Shown here piece after piece: positions 63,442-64,000 of a stretch of 64,000 nt of DNA. Positions within the stretch are counted from its first letter, which is position 1. Each line of letters starts with the position of its first letter. The stretch is taken from positions 2,486-66,485 of the forward strand of contig VGWC01000003.1 in assembly GCA_016873775.1 (NCBI GenBank), given 5' to 3'. The notes under the pieces are model-generated. The model was not told the origin of the DNA. It did no database searches and saw nothing but the letters and a program-made list of their open reading frames with translations. Source of the DNA: Ignavibacteria bacterium (GTDB lineage: Bacteria > Bacteroidota > Ignavibacteria > UBA10030 > F1-140-MAGs086). Both the position numbers and the translations under genes were made by a program.

Positions 63442-63645
63442 ATGCAACTCTTAAAAAGCCAATACAATATTCTTGCAGAAATTGCTAAAGATTCTTGTGC
63501 AATTGTTTTTGGCGCATTGCTCGTAAGCAGTGTTTTTTCACGCGAAACAATTCAGTGGTATTCAGTGCTGATGGGCTTTTGCCTTTACATCGTATTTTTA
63601 TTTCTCACACTCTTTTTGAAAAGGAAAGGAAACGCAAATGGATAA
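63442..63645 (+). CDS. Small two-TM membrane protein
   Basis: ATG 63442. MQLLKSQYNILAEIAKDSCAIVFGALLVSSVF...VLMGFCLYIVFLFLTLFL. No family recognised. Confidence 0.4.
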   Translation: MQLLKSQYNILAEIAKDSCAIVFGALLVSSVFSRETIQWYSVLMGFCLYIVFLFLTLFLKRKGNANG

Positions 63646-63739
63646 CGTACTCATCATCAGTTCGGGAATTTTACTCATTTTGCTTGCCGTAACGTTTTGG
63701 GCGACAATGCAAGACCGCAAACAAAGTAAGCAAGCATAA
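63638..63739 (+). CDS. Small single-TM protein (33 aa, not in the ORF track), overlaps the previous ORF by 8 nt
   Basis: MDNVLIISSGILLILLAVTFWATMQDRKQSKQA. Start/stop overlap suggests translational coupling. Confidence 0.3.
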   Translation: MDNVLIISSGILLILLAVTFWATMQDRKQSKQA

Positions 63740-63840
63740 CAACATTAGTAGATAATTTAATTTTACAAGTTTTCAAAAAACTAAAAAACATTTATGAAGT
63801 AAAAGATTAGATTTAAAATATAACGCACCGATTGCGTAGT

Positions 63841-63960
63841 TCTTTTCTGAATAACTGGCAAGTATTTTATGATTATAAGAACAGCAAGATGGTTGCGTCC
63901 AGCGATGGACGCGCCTCTTATGTCTTTATAATCAAGTATGCCAGTACTTTCAGAAAAAGA
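63841..63960. other. ~120-nt extended imperfect hairpin (structured RNA or palindromic element, unassigned)
   Basis: tcttttctgaa..ctggca (63841-63860) pairs with tgccag..ttcagaaaaaga (63940-63960). Apical gcgtcc-agcgat-ggacgc (63895-63912). Confidence 0.3.
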
Positions 63961-64000
63961 CGTTTGATGGAGCGTCCTTTTTACTTTTAAAAATGCTTCT

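Overview
AT-rich 64-kb chromosomal window. It probably comes from an FCB-group bacterium (Ignavibacteria/Bacteroidota-like). This is an inference from the T9SS genes porU/porV, three cargo proteins with T9SS C-terminal sorting domains, a BshB1-type bacillithiol deacetylase and an ExbB-ExbD-ExbD-TonB-PstS-like-TPR operon. I support about 55 protein-coding genes, mostly housekeeping: nuoN (partial), trpS, scpAB, dnaG, polX, nth, htpX, rsmB, uvrA, thrABC, polA, tatC and glyA. I saw no rRNA, tRNA, CRISPR array, transposase or integrase. The most unusual signal is non-genic. Many 30-140 nt segments resolve, in a fixed 7-nt register, into runs of related heptamers whose motif drifts stepwise. Several of these arrays are also palindromic and share ordered modules, including one exact 20-mer found 51 kb apart. 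They sit exactly at stop or start codons. They also occur in frame inside uvrA (one, about 40 extra residues) and polA (three arrays plus one hairpin-word insertion), without breaking either ORF. This resembles Rickettsia RPEs and cyanobacterial STRR heptamers, but I do not know of a description for this lineage. Other repeats include a 250-bp MITE-like element with perfect 16-bp terminal inverted repeats, 'gtcattcc...ggaatgac' hairpins, and a 15-mer word after stop codons. Gene-level points of interest are listed here:
- A porU-porV operon continues into a propeller/CTD protein with a degenerate M6-like active site and then a HExxH + PD40 + Omp85-like barrel protein.
- A decayed transporter locus carries a nonsense mutation, a gene fusion and compensating frameshifts.
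- An unannotated MetS-like small ORF lies downstream of an NSS transporter.
- An HNH nuclease gene has no canonical in-frame start codon.
All family assignments come from reading the translations. No searches were run.
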